Positions 9,695-21,900 of a DNA stretch of 64,000 bases are shown piece by piece. The translations under genes were made by a program, and so were the position numbers. Numbering within the stretch: the stretch's first letter is position 1; each line of letters starts with the position of its first letter. The DNA is from Azolla caroliniana (lineage: Eukaryota; Plantae; Polypodiophyta): the NCBI GenBank assembly GCA_043228905.1, contig JBHGNT010000006.1, positions 13,578,001-13,642,000 of the forward strand, in the 5' to 3' direction. The notes under the pieces are model-generated. The model saw only the letters and a program-made list of their open reading frames with translations, was not told where the DNA came from and did not search any database.

Positions 9695-10417
9695 TGTCGT
9701 GGAGAAAACCGTCCCTAGGCGGAATCGGAGAATTTCGGGAGAATCGGCGGTGTGCACCATGTGCACTCACCCTTGTAGAAACGTGTGAATAGTAGGAGCC
9801 AAGTCGGGACAGAGAATCCCATGTAAGTCGGGATTTATCCCACATTGTAACGCATCCCTCTCCTTGTTCTATAAAAGGAAGGGAGCCCCCTTTGTGAAGG
9901 GGTTGCCCATTTTGAGGTGTAAGGGTATACCATTTTGTGTTTCTAGGGTTAGCTACATTCTTTCCTTTCTTCTTCTTTCCTCTGCTTCTTCCTCTTCATC
10001 GTTCTGTGTATCGAGCCTTGGCATTTGGTGTTTTTGTTTTCTGCCTCGTCCATTGTGCAAGACCCCGCTCGACGCGACAAGCTCGAGAGCTCCCCGACTA
10101 GCGGCTTGGTAGTAGACGACTGTTGTAACCTGAGCTACTTATGTCGGGCTCGATGCTAGTATTGTATCTTAGTCTTGTAATATATGCGTGGAGGGTTCTG
10201 CGTATCGGTGTCTGTGTGGGTGTTTTGGTGTTCTCTTACCTCCGTTTCTGTACATAAGGGCGTGAGTTGGGTCGGCGTGGTGTGTGTGTGTGTGTGTGAG
10301 TCGATGTCAAGCGCGCTCTCTCTCTCTTTCTCTCTCTCGTTCTCGGCTTCCCTTCTTCCCTTGTCCGAGACCCCCGTGGTCCCGCCCTTCTACACGCACG
10401 CGCGTAATAACGCGACA
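9695..10417 (+). repeat. 3' LTR of the gag-only element (723 bp)
   Basis: TGTCG/CGACA terminal inverted repeat, upstream PPT, CTATAAAA at about 9869, (GT)n and (CT)n tracts. Confidence 0.8.
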
Positions 10418-13400
10418 ACGGCGTGGCCGAATGTCGGAATTGGACGTTGGTAGAAGCAGCAAGGGCGATGCTAGAAGAGAAATGCATGCCCTGGATTTTT
10501 TGGGTTGAAGCAATTCGGACAGCCATCTACATACAGAATCAGATATCTGCCTCAGGGACAAAGGTGTCGCCGCACGAACTATATTTCGAGTGGAAGTCGA
10601 ATTTGGCGCACCTTCGGGTACTTAGTAGTATTGCGTATGTGCATGTGTTGGATGAAAAGCGGAACAATATGGATGCAAAATCCAAGAAGTGCATCCTGGT
10701 TGGCAACTCCAACGAGCAGAAGGGGTATAAGTGCTACAACCCCCATTTGAAGCAAGTCTGAGTTAGCCATGATGTCGTCTTCGACAAATCAGCATCTTGG
10801 TACCTCGCATCATCCGAAGCTGAGCCTATTATTGCGAATGAGGCGACAGAATCCGGCACAGAGGGAAGTGTTGCGGAATCTGAACGACCGAATAGTCCGA
10901 CTTCCTTCATGATTAGTGGACCGAATCGAGATTGGTTGAGCAGGAGCGGTCAATTAGATGACGAGCCGACGAGTAGCAAAGACTCGGTCGTGCTCTCCCC
11001 GTGCAAGGAACCAAGGAGACAGTTCATGCACAAAGAGAAAGGGAAGATGAAGATGCAAGAATATGACACCGATAGGGAAGAGTCGGATCGGAGCGAATCC
11101 GACTCCGAAAAGCAAGAAGACGAACCTCTGGAGAAGAGGTCAGAGTCGGTCAAGAGGGCCAGCAAATGGGCAAAGCAGAAATTGCGCTGATCTACCCACC
11201 AGAAGCACCCCATAGTTCGGTACGAATATAATGAATCTATGGCGCATCATTATGCGTACATGGTGAAGGTGCCAGTCATGCGTGAGCCAAAGAGCTACGC
11301 CGAAGCGACTAAGGATCCGAAGTGGCAAAAGGCCATGGAGGAAGAGATGCACATGATCACAGAGAATGAGATGTGGGACTTGGTGGACGTACCGAAAGGC
11401 GTGAAGCCGATCGGTTGCCAGTGGGTATACAAAGTCAAATACAACATTGATGGCTCCGTCAACCAGTACAAGGCCTGGTTAGTGGCAAAGGGCTATGCAC
11501 AACAACACGACATCGACTACGATGAGACGTTTGCGCCGGTCGCAAAGATGATGACTGTCCGTGTCTTGCTTGAGGTGGCAGTGGCGAAGGGGTGGCATCT
11601 ACATTAGATGGATGTGAGAAACGCGTTCCTGCACGGCGACCTTGAGGAACAACCCCCCAGATTTCAGTCCGGAATGAACACGTCCGTTGTTTGCCGACTG
11701 AAGAAGTCCCTTTACGGATTAAATCAAGCCCTGCATGTCTGGAACGCGAAGATCACGCAAGGAATGCGTCAGATGGGGTTTGCTGCGTCAAAGTCGGACT
11801 CTTCACTGTTCATCTGCAAGGTCGGGACGACCCGGTAAGCATTTGGCTTTTTGTTGATGTTTTAGTCATTGCCGGTGCCGACCCAGACGAAATTGACCGT
11901 GTCAAGTCTAACCTCGCAACATCCTTTGACATGAACGATCTTGGGGAACTTCATTACTTCCTCAGGATCGAAGTGATCCACACCCCGGAAGGCATACTGA
12001 TCAGTCAATGCCACTTTGTGTTGAGTATGCTCTTCAACTTTGGTATGATGGAATGCAAGTCCATCTCAACTCCGTTGGATAGGAATGTGACGCTCCACCC
12101 CCAACTCCGGAACGACATGCGACCCGAGAAGATTCGGACAAATAGTCGGAAACCTCATATATCTGATCATCACCCGACTGGACCTCAACTATCTAGTTGG
12201 ACCGATTAGTCAATTTATGGCGCATCCAACCATGGAGTACCTTCAGTGCACCGAATCCCCAGGTATGTCAGCGGCACTAAGGACAGGGAGTTGTTGTATC
12301 GGAATGGTGTAGCCAAACAACTTGTCGGCCACACGGATGCCGATTGGGCTGAAAATGTTGGCAACCGTAGGTCTACATCCGGATATGCGTTTTCACTTGA
12401 AAGTGTCGCTGTCGCCTAGAGCAGTAAGAAGCAACCGACAATGGCATTGTCGGGCACCGAGGCCAAGTACCGAGGAGCGGTTGTCGCGACATGCGAAGCC
12501 ATATGGCTCAAGAGGCTTCTAAAGGATCTGTAGTTGGAGGTGTCCAATCCGACAATGATCTACTACAACAACCTTAGCAACATCCAGCTAGCGAGGAACC
12601 CCATTTTTCACGCTTGGACCAAGCACATTGAGGTGGACTACCATTTTGTCCATGAGCGTGTCCTCTCCGGTGAAGATCTTCACCAAACCTCTCAGCCTGG
12701 ACAAGTTGCAACATTTGTCGGAGATGCTTGGCCTTTAGCATCTCGACATGCCGCACTTGAGGGGGAGAAAGGAGGAAACCGGAACGGGAACTAGGAAAAC
12801 AGGTAAAAGAGCCGAAGAGACAGTGGGAGACAAGAAGAAGAAAGGAAGCCGAGTTGACTGAAGAAGTCGTCATGTCCGAACAAGTTGGAACAAGCAGAGA
12901 TGGTGACAGAGTCAAGAAGGATAGATCCAACTAGAAGGAGAAGGCCAAGACCCGGACGTGGTCTGATGTGGTAAAGGGCCGGAAGATTGAGGATGAATTG
13001 GGGAGAGCCAATTCGGACAAGAGCTGGAATGAATAAGAGTAACCTGATTAGGAGGAGATGGTTCAACTGAAGGCCAAACGGACGAGGAGGTAGCGGAAGT
13101 CGACACCGACATGGAGGAACCGATGGGTCGAGACGCATCGAAGTTGCAACAACGGAGGAGCTGAGATGGGCCTTATGAGCAGACAAGCCGACCAAGAAGG
13201 TCGAGGTGCGCGGGACCGGACGGGTTGTGGAAAGCTGAACTAGATGGGTCGAGGAGCGCGAGCAAGGCGGGAAGACACCAGGAGGAGCCGAAGGAGAGGA
13301 CCGGTGGACACACATAGTAGGGGGAGTGTTGAGTGGGCAAGCTCAACCGGATCCGGATCGGCTGAATAATCCAGAGCCGGATTGGTATCCGTAATGGAGA

Positions 13401-13746
13401 ACCGGATAGGTGTCCGGAACGTAGAGCTGGATTGGAGAACCGGTAGGCCGTTGGAGCCTACGGTCCGAATATAGTATGTAGGCATATTCCTTGGAGTTAG
13501 TGTTAGTCGCTCGTATGAGCATTGAAGTACATGTCGATACTTCTGTCAGTCCTATTAAGGACTTGTATAAAAAGTGTTTTGTAGGACATTTGTATACACA
13601 GATTGTTATTATTTTGAATTGAGTTTTTACTATTCTACTCTCTCTGTCTCTCTTGTATATTCAAGCTTTGCATTAAACCTCCGTTCTGTGTTCTGCTGTT
13701 ATTCGGACTAGCCGGTTTTGTCTTAGCTTCCGCACATTATCTTTTA
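10418..13746 (+). mobile_element. Degenerate Ty1/Copia (Bryco-like) 3' half, copy A: INT C-terminus, RT, RNase H, extension, 3' LTR
   Basis: NGVAE..RTLVE-like motif, [39 protein letters not shown]; PPT then TGTTGAG at 13327. Many stops and frameshifts. Confidence 0.9.
13327..13746 (+). repeat. Copia 3' LTR (right end approximate)
   Basis: Homologous to 50117-50608 and 52904-53289. Confidence 0.8.
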
Positions 13747-16646
13747 TAGGAGACATTTGTGAAAGAGAACCATAACACATCATCTTTCCGGCAAGAGATA
13801 ACTCATATAAATTCTTACAATGCATAGACAAGTCGTGAAGAGTTAAGTCACCATAACTCTCAACACGTGTCCCCTTTAGATTTCCCCAAAATTTAGCACA
13901 TGCATGTGCTTTCTCTTGCATTTGGACAAATTGTTGAGTAATTTCCCATATTCTTCTCCTTCTTTGAATAAGCCTTTTACACTCATGCAAATGCTTTTGG
14001 TAATTTTCAAACTATATATTTAACTATAAATAAGTTAACTATAAAGTAACTAAAATTGACTAATACTAAGTTTAAACTAACTACACTTAAATCATTCCTA
14101 GTATATAGTCACTTTAAATTAAATGTAAGGTAAGCTAAACTTAGTGTCCTCGCCTCCTGTGTGCATGATCAGATGCTCGACTACATCAAGGATGCAAAGA
14201 CGCCGAAGGAGGCTTGGGAAAATCTATGGAAGATTTTCGGAGCGAAAGTTGTAGCTTTGGCAAGAGCTGAACAACATCCGGCAAAGAAACATGTCGGTTA
14301 CAAACTACACCACCAAGATAAAGGAGATTTGTGACGCGCTCAGGTTCATCCACATGATGGTGGACGAAGATGAGATGGTACAAATCTGCCTCGGAGGTCT
14401 AGCACAAAGGTACAAGCCTATCTGGACAACTATCCTCACTCGAGAGAAGCCACCATCCTTCTTTGACTTGCAATCAATGCTGATGGTTGAAGAAAACCAC
14501 ATGAGTGGGTCCAGGACCATTCAATCGGACAACCAGATGATGTACACCGGAGCAGATTGGCCCCGTCGGCGTGGTGGACGCGATGGGTTGGTACACAATT
14601 GAGGCGGCTGGCAGGAGCAGGACCGAAGGCACAGAGGTAGTGCCGACAACAGTTCTGGACCCTCCACAAGCAGGGGGAGTCAAGCTAGTGCCGAAAACCG
14701 GCAAGGAAAGGCCGACACGAAATGCTGGTATTGTGACAAGAAAGTCCATAGAGAAAGCGAGTGCTAGAAGAAGCGTGCCGATTCGGATAAATCCGGATCC
14801 GGCAAGACCGGACAGGGAAACCAACAAAGCTCGCACTACGTAGAAGGATCGGAAGGATCCGGAACCGGGAAGACCGGTAAAGGGCCGACCTTCGTGATGA
14901 AGCACAAGGCTAACTCGATGAAGAAGACTACTTTCAAATCGGAGGAAGTATGGTACGTTGATTCCGGAGCATCCAACCACATGACGAGTCATGAAGAGTG
15001 GTTCTCTTTTTTGGAGAAACTGGAACAACCAGGGATTGTCGAAACCGGAGACGACACCCCTCACCCGATTGTGCCTGTCAAAGAAGTCCCTTTAAACCAT
15101 GTCGGACAAAAGGGGAAGTTGATGAACGTACTACACGTTTCGACTATTACAAAGAACCTGGTGTCGGTTGGACAAATCGTCGACTAAGGGATGCAGGTGC
15201 GGTTTACGCACCTCGGGTTGTGCTTCATCGAGGAAGAAGGCCGGATAATTGCGCAAGGGCGCAGAGAAGGGAGGATGTTCATCCTCAACACTAATGACGT
15301 CGACACCGCCATGTTTGCCAAAGGACAGAAGATTGAATCAGACATCGATCTCTGGCATAAGTGGATTGGCCACGTCAATTACCGGAGGCTTTAGGACCTG
15401 CAATCGAAATAGGTTATGTTCGGATTGCCGAAATTCAGTGGCCGGAAGGCCCAAATTTGTGAAGCTATCAACTCGGGAAGCAACACCGGCTTCCATTCCC
15501 CACCGAACGATACCAGAGCCGTAACAAGCTCGACTTAATCCATTGAGATGTATGGGGACCAACACAAAATGTTAGTCTTGGTGGGAGTCGGTATTTCTTC
15601 TCCTTCATCGACGACTACAATCGGCACACGTGGATCTACAAAATCGAGAAGAAAAGCGAAGTCGTCGACTGTTTCCGGAACCTTCAAAGCTTAGTTGAAA
15701 GGGAGACGGAGAGGAAGATCAAGTGCGGTCTGATGGCGGAAAAGAATACTTTTCCGTCCAATTGAATTGTTATCTATAGTAGAACAGAATTCGGAGAGAA
15801 TTCAGCTGCCGATACACACTGGAACAAAACGGTGTGGCCGAGAGAAAGAACCGGTCAATTGTGGACATGGCGAGGACAATGCTGGAGGAGAAGAGCATGC
15901 ACAAATTCTACTGGGTTGAGGCGATCTGGACGACCTTCTAATTCCAAAACCGGATCGGAGACAAGGTGTTTGCACACGAGTTGTATTTCGGGCGCAAGCT
16001 GAATTTGAGGCAGCTTCGGATATTTGGTAGCATAGCATATGTGCATGTACCGGATGAGAAGCGAAGGAAGCTAGATCCGAAGTTGGAGAGGTGCATCTTA
16101 GTGGGTTACTCACATGAGCAGAGGGGTATAAGTGTTATAACCCCCAGACTAAACAAGTTCGAGTAAGCCGAGATGTCGAGTTTGATGAGTCAGCATCATG
16201 GTACTCTCTACCGACTCCAACATCCGACTCCGATCCGATTCTGGAAGATGAGGGTAGTGAGCCTGAGGAGGTCCAAGTAGAAGATGAAGAGTTAAGCACT
16301 CTAGAAGAGAGTCCGATCTCATTCTGGCTAAGTGGACCAAATGAGTGGCCGAGTCGGGATGACCAGTCGGGTGAAGTACTAATGAGTAGTGGAGACTTTG
16401 CCATACTCTCCTCGCGCAAGGAATCGAGGAAACCGTTCACGCTCAAACAGAAGGGGAAGAAGAAGATGCCGGAATACGATACCGGTAGTGAAGGGTCGTA
16501 TCGGAACGAATCTGACCCCAGAAAGGAAGAAGGCGTATCTTTAGAAAGGAAGTTCAAACCGGCCAATAAGGGCCTCAAACCGGGTAACGAAAAGTTATGC
16601 CGGTCAACTCGTCAAAAGAAAACCATCATGACGTACAGGTACAATG

Positions 16647-17083
16647 TGTCAGGAACAGTAATAAGATAGAGAAGGAATTAGTACTAAAAGAAGGATTAGT
16701 ACTAAGAGAGGTGAAGAAATCTTGAGAGAAGGACAGAGTGAGTGAGAGGGAGAGAGAGAGAGAGATCGAGAGAGGGAGTGAGAGTGATGATAAGAAAAGA
16801 TATATATTATGTGAGGAGAATATACGGTAGTAGCTAGGAGGCTTAAGACTAGCGTTGAACCGATTTGGTTCGAAATAATGCCTTGTGCCTCATTTTATAG
16901 TGTTCTCAGGAGTACTCCTAAAGTTTCTAGAATGTTCCAGAGAAATCTGGAATACACATCAATTTTCTATAATAAAACTTAAATGAAAATAATATCTTAT
17001 TTATTACAATAGATGGTATAATGGTTAAGAGCTCGAACTATGTAGCATAAGGTCATGGGTTCGAGTCTTGCCATATCATGACA
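16647..17083 (-). repeat. 3' LTR of Tcn1-B
   Basis: Diverged repeat of 47791-48211, adjacent to PPT AAAGGGGGGATAG on the minus strand. Confidence 0.9.
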
Positions 17084-18071
17084 CTATCCCCCCTTTAAAA
17101 CAACGAGTGTCATGAATTGTTTTGGATTGAGGACCCGGTTTGTTTGGATATTGACGATGGAAGTCTTCAAGAAGAGCACGAGCATTGGTCACATTCTCTA
17201 TCGGTTCCCAAGTATGCTTGCTAGGACTATATCCTAGCCAATCGACTAGATAGTAAAGCTTGTTGCGAACAATCTTGGAATCAAGGATGGCGACAACCTC
17301 GTACTCAGGTCCCTCTTCAAGCTCGATCGGGGGTGGAGGTTGTGTAATACGTCCTGGGATGGTGCTATCTTGATAGGGTTCGAGGAGAGAACTATGAAAC
17401 ACCAGATGTATCCGAAGTTGCGGAGGTAGATTGAGACGAAAAGTGACATCATTAATCTTTCTGATAATATGGAAAGGACCTAATCGCCAATAATCCAACT
17501 TCTCGCATGGGCGAGTAGTCTTGATGTGTCGTCGTAGTAGCCATACCCGATCTCCAATGTTAAAACTGGATGGAAGTCAATGAAGATCCGCATAAACCTT
17601 GTGTGTTTGTTGAGCTTGCTGGAGATGAGTAGATAAATCCACTTGTATCTTGCGTAACCACTCCAAACAATCCTCTACGCAAGGATTTGTCGACAAATTT
17701 GGGGTTTCAAATACACACCACCGGGGGTGACAGCCCGTATAAGCATAAAATGACGTAACTTTAGTCGATGCGTGGACAGAGTTGTTATAGGCAAATTCGG
17801 TGAAGTGGAGAATATCTGCCCAATCATCTTGATGATAGCTTAGAAAGCACCGAGGATACTGCTCCAACGTTTGATTTGTTCGTTCTGCTTGGCTGTTGGT
17901 TTGTGGGTGGTAGCCGGAGGAGAGGTTACAAGTGACCTTGAGCATTTTAAAACGGTGCTTCTAGAATTTCGATATGAATTGGGGTCCACAGTTGCTGATG
18001 ATACTATCGGGAAGGCCATCATGTTGACATACTTCACGCATGACAATTTCGGCAGTTTCTTCACTAGAGAT
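17076..18071 (-). pseudogene. pol: Tcn1-B integrase C-terminal half and chromodomain
   Basis: SSGYHPQTNSQAERTNQ and YEVVAILDSK..YLVDWLGY..TWEP. Confidence 0.9.
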
Positions 18072-18112
18072 TGTTAGCCGACCGGCAAGGGAAGTCCAGA
18101 ATAGGAAACGAG

Positions 18113-18503
18113 TGTTGACCGGTCAGAAGAGCAAGGACAAGTGGGAAGGCGGAGTCGGATCAGATAATAGGAAGTAAATAATAGTAGAATTATTATTCGG
18201 AGGGACGGATCCGGTACAGTTGTACCGATCCGGATCCGGACCGATTCGGATGTCGGTTGCCTAAGCGCACTGATTGTAACCTTGCCGGATGCCTATAAAA
18301 GGATCCGATGATTTGTAAAGGCTTGGGACAGAAGTAATACAAAAGTAATTATTGCGTGTTTATTTGTATCTTCGTATTGTTTACTGTCTGTGCTTAATTG
18401 TAATCATCTTACGCGTGTAACCTAGCATCCAATCCTTACCACCCCTTTGGAGAAGTGTCCGATAGACACCTGTGTTGAGGCTAGTCCGGCCAGGCAGACA
18501 ACA
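18113..18503 (+). mobile_element. Solo LTR of a related Gypsy family, inside the 5' LTR of the Gypsy at 18072
   Basis: TGTTG...CAACA, TSD ACGAG (18108-18112, 18504-18508); absent from the 3' LTR. Confidence 0.9.
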
Positions 18504-18935
18504 ACGAGGGGATAATTAATAACCGGGAGCTGATTATATATTTATATAGAATTATTATGATTTGAGAAGCAAATGGACGGACATGGAATTGGTATGCCGA
18601 TCCGGATCCGGATTGGTTCGTAGCCGGTTGCCAGTTGGCACCGGTTTGTACCTAAAGCCGGAGACCTATAAAAAGGGGCGGCTAGATTGTAATCATTAGA
18701 GGATAATTAATAGAGTGTTGTTGTTTTGTATCTTAATCATTGTTAATTACCGTTCTGTGCTAAGTGTAATTTATCCTACGCGTGTATTGTGACTAATGAT
18801 ATTGCCGCTAGTAACCTATTAAGGTTCCATTAATAGTCGGCCTAACTCTATCTCATTGCAACACCCCTTTGGTGATGTTCTCAAAGGAACACCCTGTGTT
18901 AGGCCATTGTCCGGTTCTAGCGATAACACAGTTTT

Positions 18936-18946
18936 TGGCGACCACG
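18936..18946 (+). promoter_or_regulatory. PBS TGGCGACCACG (probably tRNA-Arg)
   Basis: TGG-initiated motif 7 nt after the 5' LTR, following a T-run. The tRNA identity is from memory, not checked. Confidence 0.7.
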
Positions 18947-18983
18947 ATTCCTGCACAAATGCAGCGAACAACGGTGGGCATGG

Positions 18984-21900
18984 ATGACTAGACCAACAAA
19001 CGACCAAGTTATGGAGCGAGCAAGAAGACTTGCCGAATGATTTCAGAAGCGGGAGGCTTTCCAAAATGCGGCAGAAGAGATCCATGCGGATTGCTCATTT
19101 TCCAAAGTAATCCGGCGAGTGGCTGCAAAGCTACTCCGCGGACATCATAATTCCCAACCGGATGAAGGAAGCAGCGTGAGTAGTCTTTGGGACGCGGAAT
19201 CCATCCTACAGACACTAGCGACAGGGGGAGGCGATTCGGAACCAATCTCGGCCTTCGAATCGGATTTGGACGGCGAATGCAATGCCCATTCGAATTACCA
19301 TAGCAGCCACGACACCCTAGACGGACTGGAGGACGAGCAGTCAGATACCTTGCCGACACCAGAACCGGAGTTAACGGAACTAGAAACCCCGGATCGGCAG
19401 GTGGCGGATCAACTCCCGACACCGCCACGTGAGACACCGAAAGAAGAGGAGGGGAGACCTCTGACACCGGACTACGACATGCCATTCCAATATCCCAAGT
19501 ACCGGGATGATCCAGACGCAGAAGCTCATGTTTATGCATTTCTGCAAACATGGGAAGCAAACCATGTGTCGCAACGCTTGATCCCCGCCGAAGCAGAGCG
19601 ACTGAAGATTGCAGAGTTCGGCATGACCTTGGAAGGACCAGCCACACGATGGCGCTTGACGTAGACTCCCAGCACCATCACGACGTTTGAGGACTTAAAA
19701 ACCAGATTTTCATAGTTCTTCAACAAGGAGGTGGATCAACGGGAGATGGTCGAACTATTCTACACCATACGGCAGGAACCTACGGAAACCATTCAGCAGT
19801 TCGTAATCCGGTTCCAATGAATGCACAGTTAGCTCAATCGGGCACTACTAGAGGCAGAGGCGAAAGCAATCTTCTTAGCCACACTCAGGGAACCCCTGCG
19901 TACAGTGTGCGCCATGATCGATTTCTGCACCAACACGATCGACCAAGTCATAGAACGGGTCAGGGAGATGGAGGAAACAAGCTCGTGGCTAGCAATGGGG
20001 GCACTACAACGTACATTACCAACAGAAGATGACCTACGTTTTCGACAAGCTATACAGAATGTACGACTTGTTTCAAAGCTAGGCACTCGACTATAGAATG
20101 TACCATGCGAACACAATGCATGTTATGCCACTCCAGAACGCACACAATGGACCGATGCGAATATAACTTGCTGAACCGGCAAGCGGCACCGGTAAGGCAA
20201 ATCGAGCCCCGAAGCAACCGGGAGGAGAAAGAAGAATGTTGGAGGTGAGACGAGCGTTACCGACCGGCGCAAGATATCCGGAACAGAGACAGAAAGGACG
20301 CTCACGACCAAGATCGGCAGGACAACTACTGAGATTACAACGGTGAACGATACGAGCGATAAAACCGGGATCACTCCCCTGGTTACAACCAGCGGAGGGA
20401 GGATCAAGGCAACTATGAAAACTGGCACCGACAGGGTTACCGGAACAAAAAATGTTTCAACAAAAAATGGAACGCTAGAAAGGAGGACCGCGAGTGGTAG
20501 CTAGACAAGGGAACGCCAAGTACCCAACCAAACCTACCGGAGTGAATGCCGAATCCAACAACACCTGGAAAGCGTATTTCTACTATTACTGGCAAGAAGG
20601 ACATTACAACAATCAATGTTCGGTTAAAAGTTATGAGAAAAGACCAGCCATAAATATGGTGGTAGCAGAAGTTGCCGATATACAACAAGTCACCACTAGG
20701 GCTAAAGGCAAAACAACGGAGTGGGAAACACAGGAGGCAATCCGAAAGCAAGCCATCGAGTGGGTGAAGACGACAAATGAGCAAAATGTGGCGGAGCTTG
20801 AACAACAAAAGGAGAAATCGGAAGGGGCCACCGGCACGATTCAACAGGAAAACCCAACATGGCAAGCATTACAAGAATGTCAGATTACGCTGCCATTGGG
20901 TCGGTTATTACAACTAGTGCCCTGGTTTACGAAAGGGTTAACATCAACAATGACCACATCAATTCCGTTGCCGCCTCCTGCGTTCTTCTCAAATCCGGAA
21001 GAAGGGCCAGCAGTGGTAGACACGAACAGTCCGGCAATCACTGCCATCGTCAAAGGACGAGAACTACCAGGGACGATTGTGGACGGAGGATCAGGCGTGA
21101 ACATGATCAGTTTACGGACTTGTAATACCCTGGGAATCCAGGAATGGGAGCCTTGACCGTTTTGGCTCCGGATGGCGGATACAAGTTCGGTAAGACCTAC
21201 CGGTTTGATACGGGATCTAGATGTAACTATTGGAGGTCACGTATTCTGCATTTCGGTAGTGGTTCTCCAGCTCAATGCACAAGGGTCTTACCCGCTATTT
21301 CTGGGCCGCCCATGGCTAAAAACGGCGCATATCATACAAAACTGGTGGAAAAACATGATTACCTTCCGACGAGGGAAGACAAAAATAATGGTACCTACCC
21401 ACCCTCGAGCTAGTATCGGCAAGGAGCTGACACCGCTATATGCGGAAGGTGTAAACATGCTAGAGGGGCTTGCGGACGAAGAGGTCGACCAGTACTTAGA
21501 AGAAAACCCAAAAATTGTACCCCTATTTGAAATCGATGTGGCGGAAGTAGTGTCACCATATAGAATGCAATCGGACGACGCCATCGAGGAACTGGATCGG
21601 GACGCTATCAGAGAAATACAGCAAGCACAGGAAGCTCTAGAAAGGGAGATGGAGGTATCCCAACGTGTGAAAGCATCCCAGTTAGAGGAAGTGAACTTAG
21701 GGACTGGGGATGATGCCAGACCAGTTCATATTGCTAAGGAAATGTCATCGGACAACAGGACGACGATGATCACTTTATTAAAGGAATTCCGGGACGTATT
21801 CGCCTGGTCCTATGAAGACATGTGGGGACTGGATCCTCAATTGTACCAACACCAAATACACCTCAGTAAAGATGCCAAACCGGTAGCACAATGACGTTAC

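Larger units (their letters stand above)
1..10417 (+). mobile_element. Non-autonomous gag-only LTR retroelement (5' LTR outside window), interrupted by the element at 407-6313
   Basis: Gag-like ORF, then about 2.5 kb of GC-rich sequence with no PR/RT/RH/INT motifs, a PPT-like AGGTGGGGGCGGA (9682-9694) and an LTR TGTCGTG...CGCGACA. Copia integrase sequence (NGVAE) resumes at 10418. Confidence 0.75.

Noticed and set aside
7233-9845. Numerous overlapping 60-190 aa ORFs on both strands
   Set aside because: Expected in GC-rich, stop-poor repeat sequence; no recognisable domains.
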